Positions 1 through 12,700 of a stretch of DNA of 64,000 bases are shown piece after piece. The notes beneath the pieces are model-generated. The model was not told where the DNA came from and did not search any database. It was given only the letters and a program-made list of their open reading frames with translations. This stretch comes from Ruditapes philippinarum (lineage: Eukaryota). Both the position numbers and the translations under genes were made by a program. Each line of letters begins with the position of its first letter. The stretch's first letter is position 1. The stretch is taken from the NCBI RefSeq assembly GCF_026571515.1, contig NW_026859100.1:62001-126000 (forward strand). The letters are read 5' to 3'.

Positions 1-162
1 TTAAGTATTAATCAACCTACAGCTGTAAAATTTTATAGGATGAACAGCGAATTCCATGTCTTACAAATGCTTCAGCCTTACTAAAAAAAAACACTTTCGG
101 GCATATAATGCTCCGCCTAGCGGTGCTCTTGTTTTGTTTATCTCCCATGTTGTTTTTTTCAG

Positions 163-1943
163 CACAAAAGGAAGAAGAACAAAAAAGACAAATACATGAG
201 GATAGAGGGAGAGGATTCAGAATGGTGTGCTGTTGACTTGGGTGAGTGATAAGTACTGTGTATTATTGGGTATATTACATTGATCTAAGGTAGATAATCA
301 TTACCTAAATTGGACCTGAAAGTATTAGTATTTGCTATATAGAGAATAACATGCTACTGTCTTTTGATATCAATTTTATCAGGCGAGGCTGATATGGGCT
401 AGAAAGGGCGAGGCTTGCCGAGCCCTTTCTGCCCATATTAGCCGAGCCTGATAAAATTGATATCAAAAGACAGTAGCATGTTTTTCTATTTATCATGTAA
501 CACATAACAACTGTCAAAATAAAAGAATAATCTACTTTTAAATAGCGAATTTCGTTAAAAAGGGGGATTTTTGTTCAAAGAAATAATTCTTGAAAAAAAT
601 TCCTCCGCCTCTGAAACTTAGAATTTGTTATTGGCGGCCATTTTTTCTTTCGACTCGGATAAAAGATACAACAGATTGTAGGCCTAATACAATAAATTCT
701 TACCTTTAATTTAAACATCGATCCAAAAATCCACTTAGAATCACATAAACTAAACTTTACTGCAATTTTTGTCTTAAATTGTCAAATTCAAAAGTTCAGG
801 ATAATTTCAATCAAAGAAAAGTCAAATCGGCAATCAAACACAAGCTACACAAACATGCGTCTTATTTTTTAAACGAAACAATTTGTTCACTTATTGAATA
901 ATAATCCGGCTAAATAAAGTAAACATTTACAAGATCTCAATGAAAATCATCTAGCCTGTTTGTTATGATTACATGTAGTATGACGTGAACATCGATGATG
1001 TCATTTGCAATATAAATTATGACGTCACTTCATTTAGTTGGAGCTAAAACTATTCGCTATCTAATTTATTCGTAATTGAAATCGAAATAATAGGCCTAAA
1101 TATCGCACCTTGATTCAAGACTTGTAAGGGTATGAGATTACATTGTAGAACTCACATGCTGGTAAAAATGAGAATATAAGCAATTGAAAAAAGTCCGTTA
1201 AAATGGGAGGGGCTTATTTTTGATATCAGGTTACTGACCTGATATCAAAAATAATTATCAGGCAAGTGTTATCGGGCAGTTACCATAGTAAGTATTAGTA
1301 TTTGCTATAAGTATTAAGACAAATGGAAACTTTTAAGAGAAATTATAAATATTTGCTAACAAGTATTGAGAAGAAAGAAAACTTTTAATGGGGGTATAAT
1401 GCTTTGAGGCTGTCCAGAAGTCTGGCCATCTTGTTGTTCGGCCATCTGTGTGAGCCTATTCTCCAATACGGCTTAACTAGTTTTAATAAAATATGAGTAT
1501 AGGAGTAACAAACTTGTAGTCTGCTTACACATATTATAAGGAACTTGACCTTGTTATTTTGAACTCTTTTTGGAAATTTATGTGGATTGCAAGTGCTGTT
1601 TGCAATGTTTAAATAATTTTCTTTGTTAACTTCAAAATAGTTTGCTTTTAAATACATTTTGGAAATTTTCACAAAAATTAGCATGAATCTGGAGGCATGC
1701 TGCTTTAAAGGATAATGATTAAAATAACGTTGTTATTTAATTGTAGGTAATGTTGTGCTTCATGTTTTTATGCCAGCCTTAAGGGAGCTGTATGACCTCG
1801 AAACACTGTGGACCGTTGGAGCAAAGTTTGATCCCCAGTGTACAGAGGCTACTGCAGACCCGTACGTCTTCTCTGCAGATGATCTCCCTTGGCTAAAAGA
1901 ATTGGAGCAGGGTGCGTTTAACTCCGATGCACAGAATTCATGA
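163..1943 (+). CDS. MALSU1: Mitochondrial assembly of ribosomal large subunit protein 1 (RsfS/Iojap family), 3' part only; join(163..241,1747..1943)
   Basis: Exon 163-241 (tttttttcag| ... G|gtgagt) encodes HKRKKNKKDKYMRIEGEDSEWCAVDL. It splices in phase 1 to ttgtag|1747, giving G-NVVLHVFMPALRELYDLETLWTVGAKFDPQ...NS*(TGA 1941-1943). The IEG-x4-W-x2-vD-x-G-x3-lH-x7-R-x2-YdLE-x-LW pattern is the RsfS/MALSU1 signature. Upstream exons lie outside the window. Confidence 0.9.
320..1309. mobile_element. Unclassified ~950-bp insertion with a long terminal hairpin, flanked by a 20-bp direct repeat
   Basis: AAGTATTAGTATTTGCTATA at 320-339 and 1290-1309. A ~150-bp imperfect palindrome lies at ~339-490 and a second small palindrome (ttatttttgatatcagg...cctgatatcaaaaataa) at ~1214-1254. 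Located in a MALSU1 intron. Confidence 0.6.
1550..1704. mobile_element. Right end of a TTAA-target MITE (family with TIR AGCWGCAYGCCTCCAGAT)
   Basis: Ends ...atctggaggcatgctgct|TTAA. The preceding sequence resembles the copies at 14411-14778 and 56156-56465. Left boundary approximate. Confidence 0.55.
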
Positions 1944-1991
1944 TGACTTGTTACTTTGTGAAATTGAGAATTTCAACTTATTACATATAAT

Positions 1992-2228
1992 TGAGCGGCG
2001 TCACGACAAAACCAACATAATGGCTTTGTGACCAGCATGGATCCAGACCAGCTTGCGCATCCGCGCAGTCTGATCAGGATCCATGCTGTTCGCTATCAGT
2101 ATCTTTACTTGTTATAGGGTTTGTAAGCGAACAGCATGGATCCTGATCAGACTGCGCGGATGCTCAGGCTGGTCTGGATCCATGCTGGTCGCAAACCCAT
2201 TATGTTGGTTTTGTCATGACGCGGCTCA
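1992..2228. mobile_element. Palindromic MITE (~237 bp, TIR TGAGCCGCGTCATGACAAAACCAAC...)
   Basis: Near-perfect ~110-bp inverted arms around a short spacer. Further copies at 28288-28487 and 47796-47940. Confidence 0.85.
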
Positions 2229-3651
2229 ATTATATTGTATCTAAATGAAATATTTTATGTTAAATCATTTTTATGATCCGTGTTCATAGAAATCTAAAGG
2301 AATGCCAAAAACTGCAAAAATTGAAAATGTTGCAGGCTGTTTGATTCAGCATGTTCATGGACGATAGTTTTAAGTGCAGACTACAGTCCTTGCCCCCAAC
2401 TGCGGGCTTAATCAGAATCCAACATTCAGTTTTACTTTACTTACAAGCCAGACATTTTGAAGGTATAAAACAATAGTTGCTACTATTAATTGATTTCTTT
2501 CACTATAAATGAAAACCCAGATTTTATTTTTGTTGGAAAAACAATTTTTTTGTTGTTTGAAACTAAATATTTTAGTTATTTGAAAAGCACATCATATCAC
2601 TGTTAGGCCTTCTTCAAAACAGTGTCCCGGTAGCTATTTATAAGGTGCTAGCGATGGTTGTTTCTAAAAAGAAGATCTAGAAATAAATCGTCTGCCTTGC
2701 CAATTTACATATAGAGAGCTGACTGGTACTGTTTATGTATTTTATGGACCCTAAATTTCATTTTACACCTTAATTCTTTTGATTTGACAATTATATGAAA
2801 TTGTTTATCTAAAAATAACATATTTAACCTTTAGAAAAGCGAAAAGCCACTTTAAAGCATATAGAATTTATATCTTTGTGACTAATTGTTTATAATGCTT
2901 GGTTTGTTTATTGTTGCATGAGGCCCATGTTAAAGGGATACTCAGGCATATTTATGACAAAAATATTCAAATGATCTTATGTACTTGAACCACGCTAAAA
3001 TGGCATTTTTTAAAGTCCCATCATGAATTTCTATATAAATTCTATATATTTTGGATTTGAAGCATAAATATGCCTATATATGTTGAACGACAGTTAGACC
3101 AGACAGAATCATGGAGTAGTTTTAAAACAAGTCATGTGACTTAAACAAGCCCTGGAAGTTACAATAACATATATTATGGATATTGTATGATTAAAACAAC
3201 TTCAAGTAAGTCATTCATTTGACATGTTCTTTAACCTTTCTAGAGTTCACCGTGACAACTATTGTGAAATCTTAACTCTCTAACCGGACCCATGTGGGTC
3301 AAGTTAGGAAACTACCATATCATGCTTTCATAAGGGAAAAAGTTTTGTTCTTGTGACTGCCTAATGTATTCATTTTGAGGACATTTACAGATTAATGAAT
3401 GAAAAATTCAAAACAAAGAAATGAATTATTTTTTTTGTGTCTTCCTTTAACACAGGGACATACACAATGTACATGTAATATGTGATAATATAATGGGGAC
3501 ATGCAACTTGAGATTAGTGCTGTGTTTTTTCCCCTTCCAACCAGGTTCACATGTCCCACTGTTTGTTTTGTTGATCAGTGTGAAAGAGAATGTTTGGCCC
3601 ATAGTAAACTGTGTAAAAATGTATTTCCAATTAAACGGCCCCTCCCTAATA

Positions 3652-3688
3652 CCCCCCCCCCCCCCACCCCACACCCCCCCCCCCCCCC
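3652..3688. repeat. poly-C tract
   Basis: Near-pure C run; explains the poly-Pro/poly-Gly ORFs at 3447-3771. Confidence 0.9.
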
Positions 3689-4463
3689 GGCTTTTTGATA
3701 TGGAAAAAATCGACTCATTAGTGCTGAGTGAATCCATAGTTTTTATTCAAATCCTTCAGAGGCTGAATTAGTAAACAAACAGTTGCTTGTCTTATATTAT
3801 GTCCAAGAAGCTGCATTAGTCAGTAGTTGCTTATCCCATTATATTTTGTCCCAAATTGTAAAATTGTTTTTTGAACAATCGAAAATTTAATATTTAAGTC
3901 CATAAACATAACATTGAATAATTTCAAATGCACAATAGATAAATAAAGATTATATTACAAAAAAGGATCGGGTAATTAATGACACTATGTGAAAGACAGG
4001 CGATATCAATTTTCATTTTTTATGTGCGGCAGGAAGATTATTAGATGTTTTACCGGTTTGTAGTAACTATTGTGTGTGTGTGTGATAAAGATAAATTTTA
4101 TGCCAATATGATTAAACTAAGATGCAACTTTTTCAGCTGTTTTTAGGTTGACTGTCTTTATGTTTTGCAAGAAAAAAGAAAAATATATATTTCGCAACTC
4201 ACAGAAACTGGAATCCTTCAATGTTTGTTTTAGTATAAGTGGTATGATGAAAAGATTATTACATTTTGTTGTCAATTCCTAAAAGGTCTTGGAAACTTTG
4301 TCAGTTCTTTTTTTTCCGGCATGCCTATATACATTTTTGTGGATGAAGTGGCAATTCATGACAGATTTTATACTTGTATTGAATGTTAGAAGTGAAAATA
4401 AAGCCTGATATAGATTATATATGCCAACTTGATTCACTTCTTAAAAGCAATCATTCCAGTTAA

Positions 4464-5717
4464 AGGGACTCAACTGAGGTATAAAAACCTAAAACCTATC
4501 TTCTGACATAGATAAGCTGGAGCAATTAAAACAAAAAGCTACATACATGCCATAAAGTCCCAGATGTCCGGGATTGTCCCGGAAATAAGGTGTCTGTCCT
4601 GCAGGCGTCCCGGAGATGATAAGAAGGTAATTAAACAACAGGGCCATGATGGCCCTGAGGTCGCTCACCTGTATATAGGCCCCCCGGAGCGGGGTCAGTT
4701 TAAACCTCAGGTCTTTTATTTGAACAAACTTGGAAGACACCCATTAGAAGATGTTTCATGATGTTAAGTTTTTACTACACATATAATGAAAAACAATGAT
4801 CTACCCCCCTCCCCTGGCAGGGCCAATTTTAACCCAAGGGCTTTTATTTGAACAAACTTGGTAGACACCCACAAGAAGATGTCTAAGCTCTAGCTCATTG
4901 AGTATTTTAAAAGATGATTTTTTAAGTTTTTACTGTACACATATAGTTAAAACAATGACACCCCTGGGGCGGGGCCAGTTTTGACCCCAGGGCTTTTATT
5001 TTATAAAACTTGGTAGACACTCATTAGAAGATGTTTCATGCCAAATATCTTAGATGTAGCTCTTTGGGTTCTTTAAAAGAAGATTCTTTTAAAGTTTTTA
5101 CTATATGCATATAGGGAAAATCAATGACCCCCTGGGGCGGGGCCAATTTTGACTCCAGGGCTTTTATTTGAACAAACTTGGTAGACACTCGCTAGAAGAT
5201 GTTTCATGCCAAATATCTAAGCTCTAGGTCTTTGGGTTTTTTAAAAGAAGATACTTCAAGTTTTTTCTTTCTTTCTGCATGGAATTAAATTCTTTGAACA
5301 ATTTTTAAAGGTGACCACCAAAGGAACATTCCTGTGAAGTTTGGATGAAATTGGCTTAGTGGTTTTATATGAGGAGATGTCATTTAAAGTAAAGTTTACG
5401 GACGGACGCCGGACGAAAAGCGATCACAAAAGCTCACCCTGACACTTTGTGACAGGTGAGCTAAAAATATCCATAGAAAATATTGAAAATCATATTTTTC
5501 AGCTATTCCTATGCTAATTTGATTTAAAAGCATTGCAATGTTTTTCATTTTAGGTTGTTTTTTTCACACAAATAAAATAATTATTCAGTGAAAACGAGTA
5601 AGTGAATGAATCTGAAATTTTTCACACAAGTTATTTGTCTAGACCAATACTAAATAGAAACGCAATCTTGAAAATCTTTCCAGTCCCGTTATGTCAAAAT
5701 ACCTCAGTGGAGACCCT
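4464..5717. mobile_element. TTAA-target (Kolobok-like) MITE with a nested HINE insertion
   Basis: TTAA|agggactcaactgagg ... cctcagtggagaccct|TTAA; termini are purine-purine...pyrimidine-pyrimidine. Confidence 0.75.
4633..5466 (-). mobile_element. Non-autonomous Helentron-type element (HINE/DINE-1-like), ~4 internal ~165-bp repeats
   Basis: On the minus strand: 5' palindrome agctcacctgtcacaaagtgtcagggtgagct, short (GTCC) tract, tandem core repeats, 3' subterminal repeat caggtgagc plus stem-loop agggccatcatggccct. Same family as 25747-27497. Confidence 0.8.
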
Positions 5718-5728
5718 TTAAAGTTTAA

Positions 5729-5939
5729 AGGAACTCCACTGAGGTTTATAAGACTAAAACATAACATATCAATTTTCACATAGATAAACATGAGCTCTTT
5801 GAACAGAAATATAAATAAGATATAACTAGGAAATCTAATGATCTGAAATTTTGCACATAACTTATTAGTATAGATCTACATCAAATGGAGTAATAATCTC
5901 AAAAAATTATGTCCAGTCAAAAACCTTAGTGGAGTCCCT
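5729..5939. mobile_element. Second copy of the AGGGACTCCACTGAGG TTAA-type MITE
   Basis: TTAA|aggaactccactgagg ... ccttagtggagtccct|gtaa; directly adjacent to the 4464-5717 copy. Confidence 0.7.
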
Positions 5940-8404
5940 GTAAGCCCACAGGAGCTGCCATTCTTAAATCAGAATCGTCCTGTTCAGGGTCTGAGGTTTT
6001 AAAAAAATTCTCTAAGTAATAACTAATGATATTACATAAGATAAATACAGCCTTCAAACAACAAAAATTACGTTAGCAAAATAATTGCATTATTATTAAA
6101 GGTTATATATCCGCAGTTCAAGTTCTTTAATGGCTGTCTGTCAAAAGTATGTCATATTTCAATAGAATGAAGTTGATCAGGTGCTCAATTTTGGCAAGGT
6201 GTCGCTTTCATGACCTTTACAAAGTGTCATTGTGACTTAAATCCAACAAAAAAAAAGATACCATTCAACAACAGAACCTAACGATATGGTTTTAAAGGGA
6301 CGTTAGTTTTAAAAGAATTTGCTTAATTCTAACGTTAACTAATAAAATGACCGGTTGTTTTACTTAAAGCCGCACTTTTTTTGACATTGTAAGAAATTTA
6401 CTGAAGAAATAAATATGTGACTATGTAATATACACATGTATTTCATTTTAATTATCTAACGTGTGAATTTCCAGTGATATTTAGACCTTGCGTAAATGTT
6501 TTCGACTTTTATCCCTAATTAATGCACGCCCTAAGTAATCGATGATGATGATGATGAATAAATAAATAATATAATAAATGAGAAACCCGGATGTAATGTA
6601 CTTGCGCGCGGAAAGTCGTTGTATGGTGCAAGGGCACGTGAAAACTTTATATGAAGGCAAGCACGAGGGATCAAGAATTCGGTAAAGCTGATGTTAAAGT
6701 TCTTAGCACTTCGGCCAGACAATAAAACCATCAGGTTTCAAACTATGTGCTTATGATCATGAAACGTCAATTCTCAACGAAGCTTCTTTGTAAATATAAT
6801 GTAGATATACAGAAATAGCAGGCCGCGAAGACTTGCTTTACCAAATGTTTGCGCAAAGTTTCGCAACCAAAGATTTTGGGTTCCCAGTGAGTACTTGAAA
6901 CAATTGGCAGTACTAGTTGACCTCGTTGGGCCACGAAAACAGTACCGCAAAATGGCAAAACACCGCATGTAGAAAATGTATGGATGGACCGGGAGCAAGC
7001 AAAAAGTGAATAATTTGCCGTAAAGAAGCTTTCCATGGAATGTTTCATCAAAACATTTTAACCGTCGAGACCCAGTGGGTTTTGAAAAATCAAGTACATG
7101 TACAGAATGATGGGCTGGCTATTTGTTACTGTAACTGTTTCATTCTTCAAATTAACATGATATGTCTTTTATAAAACAATGGTATCAGTCTGATAATCAT
7201 AGACATTTATACAGTTTGTACTGCCTTATGGTGAAAGTGGGTGTGGAAAAATATTGTGCATTTAGCGTGATTTTTATCATTAAAATAACCAATGTTATAA
7301 TTTAGTAAAAACAAAATTCCAATTCGACCAGACATATTTTTAAGAAAAACTCGAAATTACCCAAAACATTTTTTTTTGTATCTTTTAGAAAAGGGACATG
7401 CAAATTTCGTAAAATATGTTTCAGATTGTATGACCTTATTATGACACTGGTGCAATACAATAACTGCTCCGCCCGTAGTGAGTTTTAGCTTGAGAAGCCA
7501 AATAATCTTCGTATAGCCATTTATAGATAAACATACATGTATACGAATAGTAGAAAGTTAGAAACTCATACTTTGTAGTGTGTTAGTTGAACATGGCATA
7601 GCATTTTTGCGGTAAACCATCTGAAATGGAGTTCATTATTTTAACATGGCATAAATCTGTTACAGCTGTAATATATATGTTCGGAACACAGAACTATATT
7701 GCTTGTTGGCATAGCAATTTCTATCTTAATTAATTCAAAGCAGATCATTCTAGCTTAATCAATATTTCTGGCAATAGTATTGCTGTTTAATCAGTATTAG
7801 GCATTATTTTTCCCTTGAAAAGTTTTTTTATCAAATAAAATAATCCGTTGTTTAAAACCTTTTGAAAGGAAAAATATTTCTCCATGATTCATCATAAATT
7901 ATTGTTCAAAAAGGGCAGGTAATCAACATTATCGTTAATCTAATATCTGGGATGTACTATATGTATCGTATGTTCCAGCTAATATCCATAATCTATTTTA
8001 AATTCATTTGTCTCTGTGACAATTTTTTATGGATGAGGGAAAAAACCCCATCTTGTTCTAGAAATAAAGCGTTATTTTGTCACTTATTTTCTTTCATGTA
8101 TTCACATTTTGTAAATAAAGTCGTGATGTATTGGGACACAACATCGATTAAACAAAATATCATTTTAAATTTATAAATTTAATTTTTATAAATAGTTTAT
8201 AGAGTTTGTGGTCTACAATATTAGATTTATAATACATTAAACTGATGCAATAATCAATTAAAATCACGTTCTATGAAGTCATGGCAGTAAGCCACATTGA
8301 ATTTACCAGAACTCAGTTCAACCACCTTTTTATTCCTTATCGGCTTTACAAGGAACTTATAAGTTCTGTACATTCCAGAGCAGAGGTAGATCTACAGTGC
8401 AAAT

Positions 8405-8535
8405 GACCGTAGAAAAGAATTCATGGTTAATCACATCGAAAGTGACATGCACCGTCCTGGAATATGCACCGTCCTGGAATCAAACCGGGTCGTCCGATTC
8501 ACAGTCCAACGCTCTACCTTTTGGCCTAACCTGAC
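8405..8535 (-). mobile_element. tRNA-derived SINE head
   Basis: Minus strand gtcaggttaggccaaaaggtagagcgttggactgtgaatcggacgacccggtttgattccaggacggtgc has A-box- and B-box-like motifs but poor acceptor-stem pairing. Confidence 0.5.
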
Positions 8536-8559
8536 AACCCACCACTTTGACCTATTATG

Positions 8560-8950
8560 TTTTTGTATCGGCGCCAAAATGGCACGTGCAGGGAAATGTC
8601 AAAAATCACAGGACCAGATTTCAGGAATTCCAAAATCTTCATCAATCAAATGAAGAACAAAGATTCTCCGAAAAAGTTATCGATTTTAAACGTATATACC
8701 AGTTATAGATTAGTGTAGATGTAAAAAAAAATAAACACAAGTAGATTTCTAATTTCAATTAGTGCTCGCCAATTTTTTAAGCCAATCACCGACGAGGATT
8801 TTTCAAATTTTCAGGTTTCAAATCTTAATAGAACAGATTTTATATAAACTGGACGTTTTATATTATAAAACGCAAGTGGGCGGAGCACTAAGCCGGTTAG
8901 AGTGCATATTGGATGTTCTTCGTAAATAAGAAAGCTACAGTCGCTTCGCA
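8560..8950 (+). promoter_or_regulatory. Candidate CTDSP promoter
   Basis: CpG-enriched relative to flanks. CCAAT at 8769 and 8782, GC box GGGCGG at 8878-8883, reverse CCAAT at 8908, YY1-like AAAATGGC at ~8576; ~0.75 kb upstream of the ATG at 9684. Confidence 0.4.
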
Positions 8951-9683
8951 AGCTCCGCTCCTTTTTAGCTTTCTTATTTACGAAGAACACCATATATGCA
9001 CTCTAACATATACTAAAACATATAGATCTATTTAGTAGATTCTATCAAAAACATACATGTAGACATAGATCTATTTCAATAAAAACAAAGACCATAAATT
9101 TATGTTTACAAATATCTAATTAATCATAATAATTGAGCTTATTGATATGAAATTACCACGGCTTTAATTAAACTTTATCTTGGAAAAAAAGACTGATGTG
9201 CTCTGTACCATTTGATGAATTATATTGTAGTCTCCGTCTTTCATCAGTTGATTTGATGGGCATTCGACCGAATTACCAGTAAGCTATTCAAGAATCTTTA
9301 TTATATAATTACCATTGCCCCTGTACCGAAGTAATCATCTGGGATCCGTAATTCACAAGGCAAATCTTACCTACATTTTGGTGCGATCTACTTTATTTAA
9401 CTGAAAATCGAAGTGTCATTTCTTAGTTTACGAAAAGTAGATTCTACAAAGTTTTTACATCGTTTCTTACTTATCTTAAGAAATTGGCGGGAAACATTAA
9501 ATAGGTCGGTGGTACTATCTTTGACCTAATTAATATTCATAATGGATAGAAACAGAGTAGTAATACACATAACAGTAGTAATAAGGTGGTCTGTATATTG
9601 ACATATTACACAGAAGTTTATTTCTTTAAATAGATGTAATGGCGAAAATAAAACCACGGATTTAATAGTTTTTGGACATTTAA

Positions 9684-9759
9684 ATGGACGCACCGTCCAT
9701 TATAACTCAAGTTTCGCGCGATGATGAGCAACTCAACACATTTCCTACGACGGAAAAAG
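9684..9759 (+). CDS. CTDSPL: CTDSP coding exon 1 ([26 protein letters not shown])
   Basis: ATG at 9684; conserved [12 protein letters not shown]; donor AAG|gtatga, phase 1. Confidence 0.92.
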
Positions 9760-12700
9760 GTATGAAATTATCAAAAGTCGTTGTATGAAAATGGCGAAAA
9801 ATACTTGGTTAAATGAATGCGCCGTAGAAAGTAGTACGCCACCTGCTGTAATGTATTTCTTGTTTTATAATGATATTAGCATACAGGGCTTTCTTTTGTG
9901 TCCATAACTTTTAATATCATGAAAATTTACGTTTTTATTTCCATCCTTTCATGTTTGTTTACATTAAAATCGATTATTTACATGTGTATATGAGAGGTCA
10001 AGGTCGTATAAATATGTGTGTATTTTCGGCTATCAAAAAATCTTAAAACTCGTGTCGATTTTACGTACCTTAGTATCTCTACATTAACGGTGTCTAGCTC
10101 TTTAATATTATAGACTATTTTGCAACATATATTTTGACTCGTTATATTTTTTCAATCTATTTTATGCATAATTTCTCGAATTAGTGTGGTTAATGTGTTG
10201 GAATCTGGCACTCGTCCATGCAAAAAATTGGTCAAGTAAATAGAGCATAGTCTACATATAGTGTTACACATCCGTGTATACTTTTATTATTTTGTCACAA
10301 ATGATTACATAATTACACACAGATACTTTGTAATATATGTAAACTATTGATATTTAAATTGACCACATAAAATTGTATCTCTAGTAGTAGTAGTAGATAT
10401 AGGACAAAGTTTAATATGTATGTTGAGTATACTGTATATGTGAGTTATTACATTGATTGTATAATGTCAGCAACAATGAAATCCGCTTGTTTTTTACATG
10501 ATATACAAAGCTGATTTGAGTTTTGTTCTCTCCTATGTATGGGTTCAAAAGATGTTCTGTTAATATAATTATAAAATTGTATAATGCATACAGATTAGTT
10601 ATACTTTGAATAGCTACTCACAAGTTGATGAGTAAATATAAATAAACAAATGTAAACTAGCATAGTAGAATATTTTTTTATTAAATTTAGCCTATACATA
10701 TGATTATATCTCTTGAACCAGTAGATAAAATGAAATATTATTATGTTCTTATCAGGCAATCTTTACATCTATGACAGTATATTTATCTTGGGTGAAATGA
10801 TGTTATTGATAAACAAAATATAACATTGTTTGAACCTGTTGATTTCAGTACAGTCATATCTCAATTTTAGCTTCCTTTTGCTATTTATTTAGATAGATTC
10901 TCCATGATATACTGATAATACTCCCTCTGATTATATAGCTTACAGGCTTACAGCTTAGCTTCCTCTACTCTAGGCATATAGGTCCCACTGACTACATGTT
11001 TTTCAATGAAAGTGAAAAATATAATTCAAATATTAAAGCTATTTCCAATGTTTTAGTGACTGGTAATTCCTAATACAACAGTCCTCTGAATACAGGTTTT
11101 TGTTCTACAGGGGGTCTCTCTCCAGAGGTTGCATTGTATAAAATTAGTCACAGTCAGTAAGTAAAGTAAGGCTGATTTCTACTTTAAATATGTTTCAGAT
11201 AATCAGAAATGCAGAAGCTGTTCATCAGGTTTATTTTTGTTTTGAAATGTCCATCTCTAGAATTCATTCTTTGCTCAAGTTTCAGCTAAGCTAGGTCTCT
11301 AACAGGAAAGAGGCTGATATTATTATATATCAACATTTATAACTATGCTGGTAATGAAAGTTTAGAGGACTGTGTGCTTATGTTAAAAGATTAATTTAGG
11401 TCTTGGGGTAACTACATTGGAAAATTGTAACAGTTTGATTTCCGTCATTCTCAGAAAATGCTAGAGCACTTGCAGTCATAAGCACTAAGATGAATTCTAA
11501 ACTGAATGAATTGAAGTCCATTATTTATAAGATAATTGTTCCTATAAATGAGTATTAACAGTGTATAGATGGTTTCCTGACAGGTATTTTCATTTTTTCA
11601 GTCTTACCTGCCTATTCATAATGGTATTCTGTTCGTTGAACTTATTTAAATTATTATCAGGATTCTAAAATCTTACAGTTTCTCAAAAAAAAGGGACATG
11701 TTCAAATTGAAAAATTCAGCACCCAGTTAATTATATGGTTAGAATGTAAGGGAGTACATGTACCCTTTAAAATATGAAAGTAAGCATTAAAACTGTTATT
11801 TGATACAATCATACATATACTGGACTTCTATTTCACCATTACATACTGAATTATATGAATAATATTATTATGATATTGAAACTTTAAGCGAGCTTGTAAA
11901 TTATTATTGTAATTTCTATGCCAGGTCAGCAAAACAATACCATTTGAGTCTGACAACCTTTTCTACATCTTCCGATACCCACGGTTGATTAACATGTAAC
12001 ATAAATGTTAATAATTCGGCCGCGGGTATCCCATGATGCCTTTTCTATGGCTTAAGTTTAATTTTTTGGTCATGTGAAACCCCAGGGTCAGAGGTTATAA
12101 AGGAATTCTTTAAGCTTGATCTCCTACACTGTACCTTAGGTTTTTGACTTAGTAAGAAACTGTCACAGAATGTTTTACTGACCACTGAAAATCTTGAGGT
12201 CTCAGAAAAAATATATGTTTTATAATCTGGAGGTATAAGAACTTTAAAATGAATGGTTTCAGTCTTAGAATTGCAGGGCGTCATGTCCATTTACACACAT
12301 TCACACACACACACACACACACACACAAGAAATTAAGATGCTCGAGGGGAAAATTACAAAGGTCAATTAGCAATCTTATTAATATGCAAAACTTAAGGGA
12401 AACTTAAAGCGAGAATGTTAAAGAAACTTGTAATTATCAAGATTTTGATGGAGAAGCAACCCAGTCTGCTTTGTTGCTTTCTTCCTCAATAATGCTGTAT
12501 TTATGAGATGATTTTCTGGTCATTTAACAGAAATTGTCCTAGGCGGAATTATTGATCCCGTCTCTGATTTACCTAAAATATTTAGGATCTCTCGAGTCAT
12601 CGTAATCGGATAATTCTTAGTCAAATCTTAGATGCTATTAAACATATTGTTCCATGTTTGGTGTTATAAGAAAGAGTGCTAATACGTTTAATACTGATCA

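Noticed and set aside
3447-3771. Poly-Pro and poly-Gly ORFs (also 15890, 27292, 27364)
   Set aside because: Translations of poly-C/poly-G tracts and (CA)n microsatellites.
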